A stretch of 63,969 bases of DNA, filler included, from Asterionella formosa (Eukaryota), in assembly GCA_002256025.1 (NCBI GenBank). It is 9 parts of 9 records of this genome, joined end to end, with 100 filler letters (N's around TTAATTAATTAA, not from the genome) between each part and the next. Parts side by side here need not be neighbours in the genome. Positions count along the whole stretch, not along the records: positions 43,114 to 50,183 come from NKIB01012534.1; positions 50,284 to 57,352 come from NKIB01012535.1; positions 57,453 to 63,969 come from NKIB01012613.1; 6 more parts are not named here. One strand, given 5' to 3'. Position numbers and translations under genes: made by a program. Of the stretch, positions 49,956 to 63,400 are shown in pieces. Position 1 is the stretch's first letter. Every line of letters begins with the position of its first letter. Below the pieces are notes generated by a model, which saw nothing but the letters and a program-made list of their open reading frames with translations, was not told the DNA's origin and did no database searches.

Positions 49956-52900
49956 TTAAGGTTCCTGCATTTGAACCCCTAGGCAAAAATTAAAATATTG
50001 CTTAGGGTTGCCGAAATTCCCTGGAACTAAGAATTTTTATGAGTTAATTTTGAATAACGTGATTCCAATTGAAATATTTGAATCACTGGAAATTTGCGCG
50101 TACATACATAGATTCCTTTTCGAATTCAATAAATATATACATAAACGTTCTCCATCGCTCAATGTTTATATACCCTATCATACNNNNNNNNNNNNNNNNN
50201 NNNNNNNNNNNNNNNNNNNNNNNNNNNTTAATTAATTAANNNNNNNNNNNNNNNNNNNNNNNNNNNNNNNNNNNNNNNNNNNNAAATCAGCCACTGACTT
50301 GTAGGTACAAGAATTGACACAACAAAAATTGAAAAAACTCAACAGGTCGTGGAAAACTATGAACTCATCATGCATTGTATATATTTGAATTATGTATAAT
50401 CAAAATTGATATTAGTTTACACAGGATGTGCCGTATCATGAGGGTGTTTCAAACTATGAGAATGTTCAACTTTAAATACATTTAAACTTCTTACAGATCT
50501 TTATATATATGTATTCATGGCTGAAACATTTGAAATCATGTTTTCATGTGGTTCCTTGTTATGCATACACTTTGCTCCTGAATTGAAGGATTAACACAGA
50601 TGATGACGCGGAAAACGAAAGTTATAATAAAGCACAATGAGTGATACTTTCGGCTTAGAAGAGAAGGGTGGAATCAATTGATGGTAAGTCAAGAGCGAAT
50701 GCCTTTCATGTTCCTTGTCATGTTGCATCCACTTCCTGAAATGAAGGATCTCAAGCAACGAAAAACTGAATTAACAATACACCATGCGGCTAAGAAGGAG
50801 TGAATATGATGGGCGCAATCAACAAGCTGTGTATAGTATCACAGCATGTTAAGAGCATATGCCAGGATGATCAATTGTTGAGATTACAATTACGGAATGA
50901 CTCGTCCCCTTTCAGTGATTCAATAGCTCCTTTTCGATTTGGTAACTGGTCAACCATCAATGGCTGTGGATAAAAGAAATCGGTAAGTGCTGCCTATCAG
51001 CCATCTTTGGATCAATTTACAAATGTTAGAAAAACTGACACATATGTGTTGCTTCTTTCAGGATAATGGTAGACAAACAGTAATTGTAAGTTACAAACAG
51101 CAGTGTTGGAGCCCATTTATTGATCAATACTTTGATTCTCATTCAATCTTCGACTGACACATTCTTCTACAGAAATATGCATCAGCTACTTCCTCAATTT
51201 GTGGTAAGTGAAGCAAGAAAGAAGCGAAATGAATGTTGTTGTGTAAGCAAAACATGAACAGCTAACAATGAATTGTTTCTCTTTGTTAGTATGGCTGATT
51301 GGAACAACGAAACGGATTAAATAGTAATAGGAAAATGCGTGAATGCAAACTCAGATCCGTCAGGAGTAAATGGAAAAAAGCAAGCAGGGGAACAACGGCA
51401 AAGCAACCAGTACAACAACCTTCAGAATTGGATTGGGGGAGGTGGAAGTGAAAGCGGCACCAACAATCATTGCGATGAGAGCAATGTAGAACATTCTGTA
51501 GCCACTTAAGATATGATAGAATCATAGAACCATTCTTAGCTAAATATAGTTCTAAATATCGATCAATTCATCCTATTTAAGACAGTGATATCGATGAGAA
51601 TTACGATTATGCTAAGATAGATGTATGACAAAAGTATACACATCATATGACCATGTTTAACTAATTATATGATGCAATGGTCGTATTATAACTATGATAG
51701 TATCATCATACTTCAAGCTCGGTAAAAGTTTACTGCATCATCATAATTATATGATACATTGATCATATTTTTGATCGAAAAACTATCATATATGTGAAAA
51801 TCCTGTGCCACTTAGGGTACGATACCCTTGATCATATTTTCATGATATTTTTTATTTACAGACGAATATTTCGTTATATCATCTAATAATTTTAATAAAT
51901 GCCTTTGTCATTTAAATAGTAACCCTTTTGACTACATATATTTAATTATTATATGTATTGTTTCTATTTGATTCCTGTCTTCGAATTTCTTGGTAGGATA
52001 ATGTACCAGTTCAAGTAATGTGATTTGGCTCGTCATTTCCATCCGTCATCACTCCGATTTTTGCAACAACAACGAAATACTAGAGATGACAAGTGGAATG
52101 AATGTTTGCGTTAACGTCTTCAATTTGTTGGTCTAGTGATCATTATATTATATCTTCGAGTAATTGTCATGTGCAGTGAACCTTGTTCATAATCATTGAA
52201 TTAAGAAGGCAGCTACTTTTGTGAAAAGTCGGCATGTGAAATGTGTAGAGTTTGATGCCAAAGCAAATGTAGAGTTATTATGCAAAGCAAACGGCATTTT
52301 CCTTGAGTTTAACGAAATCACATGGACAACTAAAATTGTTGAAAGAGTTGTACATTCGTACCCCAAAAGAAATATGTAATTACGCCTCTGTATTTTATGG
52401 AGTCAAAGGTATCAAAAAATCATCTTCAGATTTTAATGATCTTTCATATGGGACCTTGAAACAATTACCTCTATGATCCATTATATTATTCATGAACTTC
52501 ATCCAAGTGATGTAAAGGTTATATTTGATCTTGATGAGAACCCAGAAAAGGGTAATGACAAACCGCATTAATACCAAGGTGATTGTCATCCAGCACTTTA
52601 TCAGGACCCTAACGGTCTTCGCGAACAACTTTAGAATCAATGCTCTGCCATTGGCATCCTCAATGATGTTGTTGGACCTAGAAGAATGAAAGACAAACAA
52701 ATCACATGCCAAATCAAAAGATTTAGGAAGCGAGATAAAAGGAAAAAGAAATGATGACAACTGGATCACAGTTACATAGACCAAAAAGAAAGAAGGATTA
52801 TGTCACCGGAGTCATGAACAACACTGGTGTTAAAAAACAATTAGCACATGAAGAGCATGACAATACTCATTCTATTTTAACTCTACAGTTTACAAGTATT

Positions 52901-53237
52901 TTAGATGGTAGCTACCGGTATGGAATAGGCGACACCACCACCATTGTCAAGAAATGTTTTTGTTAGAGGCGAGGTCTGATATTGAATTTGCAAATCTTGA
53001 TGAAGACTGCTACTCCGAGTAAGTGATACTAGTAAGAGCGGATAACACCTCCAGGGGCAACCGAATTTCTTTGAAAAGATCTGATTTGTGTTTTAGGATC
53101 TGCCAACCAAGCAAGGTTTGGTCAGTAGCAACTCTACTAGGGGTCCATCTTCATGTAGATTAAGAAATGGAAGAAACAACTGACTCACTTTTCCAACACG
53201 ACATCATAAGTTATAACAAAACGTCGAAATCACCTGA

Positions 53238-53960
53238 TTGTACACTCACGCTGGTTCAAAAACTCACATTACCCCAGTCATTCACAAAGGTCTCCTTCAC
53301 TCTGGCATTGAAGCTCCTCTTTGCAAACAACTTTGGAATCAATGCTCTGCCATTGGCATCCTCAATGATATTGTTGCCAGTAACCGACCTGATATATCAT
53401 TTGCAGTCCAACAGTGCGCATGTTTTTGCATTGATCCCAAGCTTTCTCATGAACAGGCTGTTAAGCGTATTGCACACTATTTACCCAGCAGTGCCGATAA
53501 AGGCGTGATTTTCTTCCCTGACCTTACTCAGTCACTTCACTGTTTTGTTGATGCTGATTTTGCTGGTCTCTGCTCAAGACCCAATTTCAGTGATGTCTCG
53601 CACTGGTTTTGTTATTTGTTATGATGGGTGTCCTCTCCTCTGGCTTTTCAAACTTCAGAGCAAAGTAGCTCTGTCCACTATGGAGGCTGAGTACATTGCG
53701 CTCTCCCAATCTCTTCGACTCTTCGAGATGTTATTCCTCTCGTCAATCTTATTGCCGCTGACCTTCAATGTGTAACCTACTTGCACCTCCCAAGCCTCAA
53801 ACACAAAAAACTCGCAGGCAGTCTCCACCCTCGGTCATGTCTTACCTTCAGTAATGTGGCATTTACCGGAGTACTTAGAGCTACATATGGATTCGTGTTT
53901 TGCTTAGGATCTACCATCCATCTAACTGTGATCCAGACATCATCATTTCCTGATCCTTTT
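53238..53960 (+). pseudogene. Ty1/Copia RT-RNase H fragment, rearranged
   Basis: RPDISFAVQQCA, HEQAVKRIAHYL, FVDADFAG, SRTGFVI and VALSTMEAEYIALSQSLR. Flanked by a duplicated block (~52760-52985 and ~53980-54200). Confidence 0.85.
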
Positions 53961-54529
53961 ATCTCACTTCCTAATTCCGACTGGATCACAGTTAGACCAA
54001 AAATTAAGGATTATGTCACCGGAGTCATGAACAAGACTAATGTTAAAAAACGATTAGCACATGGTGAAAAGCATGACAATACTCATTCTATCTTAACTCT
54101 ACAGTTTACAAGTATTTTCGAGGGCAGCTACCGGTATGGAATAGGCAACACCAGCACCATTGTCTAGAAATGTTCTTGTTAGAGGCGAGGTCTGATTTAG
54201 AATTTGCTGTTGCTGTTTTTAGAGCTATGGATTCGTGTTTTGCTTGTGATCTCTACCATCCATCGTCCATCAAGCAGAGGCGAGGTCTAATTTTGGGAAA
54301 AAAGGACCTCGCAATGGGAAACTCCGGGGCCGCAACCTTAATGATGCAACAGCCTGTACATAATATACAGACACATTTGAAGAGAAAAGGACATCGTAAT
54401 GTGTAACTGCTGGGCTTAAGAAACAACTTTTTCCAACTTGACCTCATAAGTTAGAACAAAAAGTCGAAAGTTTCCTGATTGTACACTTTTTATGCCTTTG
54501 CGAGAGTAAGATTGTAAGATCCTTTGACA

Positions 54530-54879
54530 ATGAACTTATTCTTGATTGTAGCGTCCACCATACTCCTCCTTCTGAATTTCACTGAAGCGGGTACTGCAGA
54601 CCTGGATAAGCTCTTTGACATGATGGAGAAGGATGTACTTGAGCTCGCCGAACAAGTCGAAGAAGCCTTTCAAGATCGATGCACCACCGCTCTTAATGAT
54701 TGCAGCTACAACAACTACGATAGTTGCGTTTCCCAGTTTTTAAGCGCAACATGCTATAATAGCGATGAGCTAGTAACGAACTGCAGCTCGGGTCCCAGTG
54801 ACAGCTGTGGTGCCTTGTTTGACTTCAACTCCTCAAGTGTGATCATGCCTAGCAAGATTGCCGACGGCAAAGACAGCAA
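54530..54879 (+). CDS. N-terminal part of a secreted Cys-rich protein (possibly alpha2-delta/VWA-like), apparently interrupted by an LTR element
   Basis: Signal peptide MNLFLIVASTILLLLNFTEAG, a helical segment DKLFDMMEKDVLELAEQVEEAF and Cys-rich CSYNNYDSC. The family assignment is tentative. Confidence 0.5.
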
Positions 54880-55210
54880 TGTGAGAATATTCGAAGTTCC
54901 TACGGGTGAATAGTCATACGATCCCGGTATGAAAGTATCTGATGGGTTTCCGGGTTTGTTTTCGGTTGTTGTTGGATTCGATTTGTAACTTGCTTCAGAT
55001 GCCGATGCCGTTTCCATCCAAGCTGCTGGGTCCTCCTTGACAATGTTTGGTGGCGATATCAGTATCGATTTGAGAGGTGGTATGGGCGATGTTACAGGTG
55101 TCATTCATGTATATTCGAATGTTCCCGGTCTTCTCTTGTTGCCGTTTTGTGAGCGATCCAACTGATGGTTGATGAGTTGCCTTTTGTGGGAATGACGATA
55201 CTATCTCATA
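54880..55210 (+). mobile_element. Putative 5' LTR of a CoDi-like Copia element
   Basis: Begins TGTGAGA and ends TCTCATA (imperfect terminal inverted repeat), directly upstream of gag. The boundaries are tentative. Confidence 0.45.
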
Positions 55211-55394
55211 TAACTAAAATAGATTCGTTCGATATTGATCCTGTCTTATTGGTTATTAAACTACGTTTATTTGTATTCGATATTTGGTGGTTTCCCTCAC
55301 GCTTCCCCTGCGCTTACAACGACAAAACGTTGTCTCCAGATTTTTTTTTAACATTCTTCGTCGATCTCCTCGACTTCGCGGACTCGCTCCCAAC

Positions 55395-56607
55395 ATGGCT
55401 CAAGCAATCAATGCCCCTGCGGCCTTTGTCTTTGCACTCATGCCGGCTCTTGCCAACCCCGATCCTGTGGATTACATCTCCAACAAAGGAAACAGGAAGT
55501 CTCCGCCTCTTTCTTCAAGCCTTGCAGCAGAGAGCGGATGCGTTTGGGTGGGCATCCATCCTTACTGTCCCTGATGACCAGAACATTGGGAGGAACCTGA
55601 TTACTGAATATGGGAGAGTGTCTATGGCAAATGTAGTGGCTCACGCAGCCGCACATGTCCATATGCATACGCGTGATGCACAGAACAGTGCACAACTATT
55701 TACGTGCATCTATGATTCTTTATCACTTGAGGCACTACTAAAAGTCTCCACGGACTCCGCTACGTACAGACTGGTATCACCTACTGACCACACCTTTGTG
55801 GTAGCCAGTGGAGCGGCATTCTTGAAACTCCTCATCACAAGGTGCACCGTGGATACCAGGTCTACTGTGGCGACAATTCGACGAACACTCAGTGCATTGG
55901 ACCAATACATGCTTTCCGTAAATTGCGATATTGAAAAGTTCAACCTACATGTTCGTGTCCAGCGCGATGCCCTCATGTCCCGTGGTGAAACCTCCTCTGA
56001 CCTTTTGACTAACTTGTTTACAGCCTATGAGGCTGTTGAAGACAAGGTTTTCCATGACTACATGGTAGGGCAGCAGGATCAGTATCATGATGGGAGAGTC
56101 GATTTTTGCGTGGACTCCGTAATGGATTTGGCTCTAAATAAGTTTAAGATGCTTGTTGAGTCCAAAAGGTGGAATTTGCCCTCTGTCCAGGATGCCAAGT
56201 TGGAGGCCCAAATTGTCGCCCTCACGGCCAAATTAGAGTATATCAAGGCAAACAAGTCACTCAAGGAGGTTAAAAATGATAAAAGGGAGAAAGCTCGCAA
56301 AGCCAAATTGTCCAAGAAGTGGGCATGGAAGCTTGTGCCACCTAAGGAAGATGACCCGAAGACCAAGACGGTAGACACCAAAGAGTATCATTGGTGCTCT
56401 AATGACGCCTCCTGGACGGTGCACACCGCCAAGGAGTGTAACATGAGCCCACAGGGCATGTCTCCTCCAGTGAATATCCCAAAGAAGCCCAAAGACAAAT
56501 CTGCCGAGGCCATCGCCCTCTCTACTGCCCTGGCCAGCATCATGGAGGGAAATGATGACGATGATGATTCTAATCAAGGTGGAGAGGATATGTCAGTTAC
56601 CGGCTAA
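55395..56607 (+). CDS. gag: Copia (CoDi-like) Gag with a frameshift or deletion near 55500
   Basis: MAQAINAPAAFVFALMPALANPDPVDY in one frame continues as RADAFGW...NLITEYG...DAQNSAQLFTCIYDSLS...DIEKFN...NLFTAY...WAWK...YHWCSNDASWTVHTAKEC (variant zinc knuckle) in another. Confidence 0.8.
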
Positions 56608-56622
56608 GAAGGTGGCCGGGGA

Positions 56623-57352
56623 ATGATGAGCAAATTAAATAGCATAATTAGCTATTGGTTTTATCAGTTCATTCTCTGTGGGCCAGCGTGCATGACCTCA
56701 TTGTCCGAGTTCTTTGGCCATACCGTGATGATGTGCCTATGGGTATGCTGGGCACTTGTGCTTGTATCTAGCATCCCAGTGCTATGCCCAGTGTTGGATG
56801 ACACCTATAGGACCCCACTTCGTACTCTATACATTCCTAAGCGGAATCGTTCAAAGATGATGTCACTAATGTCAAGAGTATGTGCAAGAGGGTGTGCGGC
56901 TATCAATACCACCTTGTGTCAGTTAGAGATTGCCCTTGCACAACCCATGTGTCACATGAAATTCCGAAAAACAAAAGTTTTCCGATCAGGGGTTTCCGGA
57001 GAGCGAGAGTCCGGTGTCTACCGAAAGCCACGGGAGTATCTGCGGGTTTCAGCACCTATGGATCAGCCCTTGCCATTTGGGATTGGTATGTCCACCACGT
57101 CACGAGCCGGCCCGGTTACCTCACCTTTTGATTCAGATAGTTATATGTTGATGATTGACAATTGTTGCTCTAAGTGTGTGACAAACTGCAGCACGGATTT
57201 TGTGGGAGTGCCTACACCAGTTCACGCTGAAATCAGCGGAGTTGGAGGCCCAATTGCGGTATTGCAAAAGGGAACGGTTAAATGGAGCATACAGGACGAC
57301 TTCGGTCGTATTCACCATTTTCGTATTCCTGGGACGTATTATGCCCCTGATG
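56623..57352 (+). CDS. pol: Copia pol N-terminus with aspartic protease (truncated)
   Basis: FDSDSYMLMIDNCCSKCVT, a protease active-site variant, followed by ISGVGG...KGTVKWSIQDDFG...IPGTYYAP. Confidence 0.75.
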
Positions 57353-57453
57353 NNNNNNNNNNNNNNNNNNNNNNNNNNNNNNNNNNNNNNNNNNNNTTAA
57401 TTAATTAANNNNNNNNNNNNNNNNNNNNNNNNNNNNNNNNNNNNNNNNNNNNG

Positions 57454-60400
57454 GTAATTCAACTGGAACACCACTAGCTGCTGCATTTTTTGGAGTGATT
57501 TAATGCATGAAGTTTGCGAGCGGCTACAGCTTGGCTCCTTGGTTGATAGCAATGACCCAAGAATATGGAGGAAATATTCAGTATGGTTTGCGCCTGGATT
57601 CGCTGTGATTTTGCCTGGATACAGCGTGCACAGGACCAATCTTCTTTCATTTTAGGATGAACGGAACACGGAATGACAGAAAGCAGTGGATCAATTGGCA
57701 GAACTTGACAGGACAAAATGTCTGCCACATATGCCAAATCGTTTAACTTATATTACATATATGAATCAACAACCAACAAGAAGCAAAGTGATTGCATGCA
57801 TAAAAAATGATTGTATCAGAGTCATCATATTTTTATAATAATATAAATCGTTTTTTAAGACTTCCACAGGATTTTAATGATTGCTTATCATCATTGACTA
57901 ACTAACAATGAAGCCGTTGATCCTACATTTGCTTAATTTACAATTTGATAGCTTGATCTATTAAGCAAAAGGCCCTCCTTGAAATGCTCTATGACAATCA
58001 CAGCAGTTAGCAGCAGCTACAATTGCAACTCTTTCTGGATTTGTCTCAAAATGGTGAGTCAGTTGCAGCTGCAACTGCACTTGTTGGTGTAGGTGAATTT
58101 ACGACACCCATTGGAGGAAAGCGAAATCCGCCAACACTACTGTTTGGTGGTCCTGTTCTTTGTATCGCCAGCTAGTAAAGGAACCACAGCATCTGATATG
58201 ATGGATTCACCGCCTAATTCTAAACAATAGCTAGCAAAAGCAAACTGAATACTGAAGATACAAAGGCATCATGGTCTGCCTTGTCCTCCGGTCCAGCATG
58301 GCCGAAATGGAACAATGATTTGCTGTGGTGGTTCATGCTCTGGTCACAGTTTATCGATCAAAGTAACCACAGTTTTCTGTCTTGAAACACCCAGCACTGA
58401 ACGTGAAGTCTTCAGCTAGACAGTGGCATAAACTCTTGCAATCAATCTTTAATAATTTTCACCTATAAAGCCGGGGTAGATGCCATCAGGTTATTCATAC
58501 CAAACCAGTCGTTTGATGAAGAGTTTTTCAAAATGATGTCCTTCTTATTGCAACCGAACACCTGCTAGAATTACTAAAATGACTCTATTGTACCTTCTAC
58601 TTGTACGTCACCACCTTTTTTCCTCATGAGTGCCGTTTCTGGAAAGACAGGGTGCAGCCCCACATCAAGAGCGTCACTCACTGTTTGTTAAATAGGGTGT
58701 AAGCTTAAGATCAATTGATTGTGGCAGCGTGAATGTAATGATTGGTTGTCATTTTCCTTGCTCATTGATGGAGGCGCTTGAACAGCATGCCTTTGGAATT
58801 CTGTGTATTAAACAATTTGAAAATAATACCATCGTAGTCTGCACAATCTTCATTCGCCCTTCCAATTAGCTAAAAAAATATACTTGCTCTTTGAAATGCA
58901 ACATCCGAACTAACAGTCGTAACAGCGGCAAAGCAACAAACGCTTTTTAAATGATTGGCTGTTTTGGAAGAATAGAACACATATTTTCATATTTTGGATA
59001 CAAGCAAATGGTGGAGACCCATAAAATACGCGTGTCTTGTTCTTTTAAATCCTTTTCCAAATGAGAATACACAATGAAAATTGACAGACCCCTTCCACAA
59101 AAAGTCTGGATTTTGAGGCTCCTCGAAATTGCTGCTCATCTTGCGTAATGTCATAGACAAGCTCAAGGAAGGACAATCAACCATCATGGTGGTAACCAGA
59201 GGATGCTCAAAGAAGGATAGATCGGAAATAAATGAAAGGAGCAGGAGCAGGAATGCCACTGTGAATATTTTGCGTGACAATGTTTACGAAACCAACAAAA
59301 CAAAATGCACGAGTTCCATTACTCCGGTACACCAACAAACAATGCCACATGCTTCTGCCAATTTGGAGATTGAAGTGTTTGATGATGATACGCCACCCCA
59401 CTTCCCCATGTTTACACCCACAGTTTTGATAGATCAAGAGTTGTCAATGAAGGATGAATGGATAGATTATGATTACATCATCTTTACGAAAATATGTGAT
59501 TTATTCCGATTTGAGGGCAAAGGCAATTGGCAGTGCCAGTGGATATCAATACAAAAAGTAGTGGATATGTATAACAGTTCAAGAGCGTTCATCACAGACT
59601 TGCAAATACCAGAGCCAGTCACCCAAGAACATATACTCAGAGTTTTTTCAAAGCCTTCCATAAAGCATATTATCACTGGGGTTGAAGCATTTGGGAGAAA
59701 TTGCATTCACCCATCCACATCATTTGTTTTTGCATTCAATGCTCAAATTGGCAATATTGACAAAAGAACAATAAAATTCAGAACGAGATTCTACTACTTT
59801 GACTTCTCTGGTAACCCCAAAGTCATTGAAGATCCAGTAAAATCATGGAACTGCGCATACTATGAGCCATTAGGAATCTTTCCTTTCGATCATCTCATGA
59901 CAGCAACACAACATATCCGGTTGAGTCATCTAAAGGCAACATTTCTTACAATGGCTTATGAAAATTTATTCTGTCAATGCCGATGGTTTTCAATTAAGGA
60001 ATGGGTCCGTGTGATTAATAAAGTGTGTATCGTGCTTAATCAGTTCATCTACAACTTTTTGGAATCGGAGCTTTGCATGGTCCTTACATGGATGGGAGAC
60101 GAAGTTGGTCGCATGGGTGATGGTCTAAGTCATTGTTCAGTGCTGTACTCGGAACTACAACAGGAATGTGATGGCAGCAAGAATCAAGAATCAGGTTTTC
60201 TATGTGTCAATTTCATGCGTGCTGCTGATCATACAAGATCCATTGAATCACCAATGTCAGTGTTACCACTTTGTAATGATTCAGCAAATGAGTTTTTAAG
60301 TCTCCGAGGTTTTGTTCATGATGTCCATTACATGGATTATAATTGTTGGTTTTCATCTGAAGCTGACAATCTATTCAACCCACATGATGGTGAAACAGCA

Positions 60401-63400
60401 CAAGAAGCAGCGGTGAAAATGTCAAAAATTCTTTGTGATGGAGCCAACAATACCTGGAAAATGATGGAGTTGGTTCAAGATTATGATTCCAGTGAACAAG
60501 GAGATGAAAGTACAATTATTACAGACAGTGGACAATTCAGTAGATATATTTCATATTTGCAGAGCAAAGCACTATACATGTCTTGCGCACTTTCACTTGT
60601 ATTGGAGGTGCAAGGTGAACAACATCAGCTTGACTGGTGCAAAAGATGCATTGAGGCTGTAAATATGATGCACGCTATTGGAAAGACATTTCTTCTTAAA
60701 AATGAAAGTGGAGGAAAAACTATTCAAAGGTGGTTTTCCGATTTCAGAAAAGAACGCAAGTTTCCAAATCCACTCAAATATTCATCTAAATATGGCCCAC
60801 TTTTCTTTGCAATGAATCCTGGATTGGACATCCCCATAAAGGAGTACTGGAATGCCAATTTGTTAACATTGAACTGTAATAGCTTCCAAGTTTACATTCT
60901 TGAAGAAGTGATTCCAGATTTGATCAAAGAACGCAATGCTGGAGGCGAGGAACTTATTTGTACAGAGCAAACAATTCTTCAGGAATGTGGCCTAAGAACG
61001 CTGTGTGTCGCTACTGCCTCAAACTGGATGAAATATCTAGGATTTAAGTCAGTAGAATCAGTATGATGATGCAATATTGATCTCTCAATCAATCCTTTAC
61101 TAACTTATATATTTTTCTTCATGTTTCAGGTATTCACGACACAAGAAAGGCTTTTATGTTGATGGGCATGAGAGGAAAGATGTTGTTGAATACAGAACCT
61201 GGTTTTGTTATGAATATCTTGTAAATATCGAAATTAGAGCCCCTTTATGGATACAGATTTCTAAGGACTTGGCAACAGAAATGCAGAATGAGGGCGAGCT
61301 GACTACAAACTATTTTGGATATCAGTACACTGATGAAGATACCTTGGTAGAAATGTGTGAATACCATGTTGATGATGCCGAAAGTTTTCCAGTGATGGTG
61401 CAGTTGACTGAGTTGGGAGCCCAGTTTGGTGGGCTACTCAGTAAGAGAATTGGAGAGAAGAATCCAGTTATTATTATTGGACAAGATGAAGCTGTCACCC
61501 ATGAGAAGTCAATGAACCCTTGTTCTTGGAGTGGGTCAGGAGGTCAGCAAGTAATGCGGCCAAAGAGTTTGGGAATGAGTTTTCACTATTCAGCTTTCAC
61601 ATCTCGTCAATTTCATGAATGGAACCCACAACCAACATCTGAACAGCTTACCAGAATCAATGATAATAGGATTGGTTCAAGTTATGTTGCTGTCGATGCT
61701 GCCAACAAAGTGAATGGAAAAGCTACCAAGGAAAACCTCAAAATGGAGAATCTTGGATTTGTTCGGTAAGTGATTGTGGTAGTATTAATAATTTTAAATT
61801 TGAAAATGCCCTCATTTCTTCCATTCTTAATATATGAAAATTGATCACAGCACATTGAAACCTGGAGCTCATCATGAAGGCTTTTGGACTGGAAACCATG
61901 CATTGATCCAAACCGAAGATTTGATGGACTGCATAAAAGTGATGTACCCACAGTTTGAGGTGATTGCACTCTTTGATCACAGTTCTGGTCATTGTCAGAA
62001 GCGTCCTGGCAGCCTAAATGTAGCTTCATTAAACAAGGGCTTTGGAGGCAGGCAACCTCAGATGCACAGTTCAAACCTGTTCAATAGCAACGATATTGGA
62101 GATTTTAATAATGGGCCAAACACCTTAAAGCAAGGTGATACACAAGAATTTCAATTTCCAGAGCATCCAGAGTCTTGGAGTGTAGGCCCATGGTGGTTCA
62201 CAGATGAAGAGAAGGAAATGTATATGAATGATGTTGAAACAGGCGAATGGAAGACATTAAAACTTGAGAAGAATGAGATGCTTCAATCGCTACATACAAA
62301 CGTAAGTGCTGAGTTGTTGCCTACACGATTTAGTGACCGGAATTCAGTATTTTTGACAGCACTATGCATGTTACATGGTCTGGAAACAACAAAACAATTC
62401 AACATTGTAATTCCAGGATGGGCTGGTAAGGCCAAGGGTATAGCACAGATTTTGTGGGAGCGAGGGAAAATTACGGGATCAACACAAGCACACTTTAATG
62501 CTTACAATGTTAGTGTCACAAGGGATAAAGAAACAGGGGAATACAAAGAATTGACCAGTCTAAAGAAAATTTTGGGAGACTGCCGTGACTTCCATGAAGA
62601 AAGATCCATGCTTGAGTGGGTAGGCTCTGAGATTGGTTTGAAAGTAATCTTGACGCCCAAGTACCACCCAGAACTTGCAGGAGAGGGTATTGAGTACCTC
62701 TGGGGTATGATTAAGAGCAATTAAAGGGCAAAACCACTTTTGGAGAAACAAGGAAAAAGGTTTGAATCAGCAGTAGAAGCTTCACATTCTCGCAGCTTTG
62801 TGACACTCAAAAGGATGAGAGCCGCAGCAAGAAAAGCACGTTCATTTATTGTCAGTTATATGATTATTACTGCAAGCAAAGCAGAAGAAAAAGATGGAAC
62901 ACCAAGGTGTCTTCAAGAGATGATTCTAAATCAAGATCCAGTAAATCTCTCAAAAATCTATGCAATGCAGGCCAACTATAAATGTCATCGCAATGCATTG
63001 GACTTTGCTGGTGGGTTTGTCAGGGTCCTTGGTGGTGGAACTGATTAGAATTAAATACCATCTATAATGAAAAGCAAGCTATGATTGTTGCTTTGAACTG
63101 AAAGAAGTTTTGTGTAGCTGCTAATGATGATGGTACATTTTCACGTATTTTTTTGTTCTGAAAGAATTTCAATTTATTCAAGAAAAGTACTCTCTAATAT
63201 ATAATTTGTCAATCATTTTTATAGTACAAGACCCAGCCATGTGCAGTAACGCAGTGGAGAAGCACCCCAAAAGTCTTGGAAATTAATTTGTGGCTCAACA
63301 ACTTCTCATGAAAGAATGCAAGATTGACAAAGACCTACATCAAAGTAATATTCAAGCTTTGATTCAATCAGGAAAAAATACTGGATGTAGAAGCAGTTGA

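Noticed and set aside
55165..55394. N-terminal part of the 480-aa ORF as Gag
   Set aside because: It lies in LTR/leader sequence. The Gag-like start is ATG 55395 in another frame.
57480..58900. Possible divergent accessory gene (Ulp1-like IIVP motif) upstream of the transposase
   Set aside because: Only fragmentary similarity; I could not reconstruct catalytic His/Cys motifs or a coherent exon chain.
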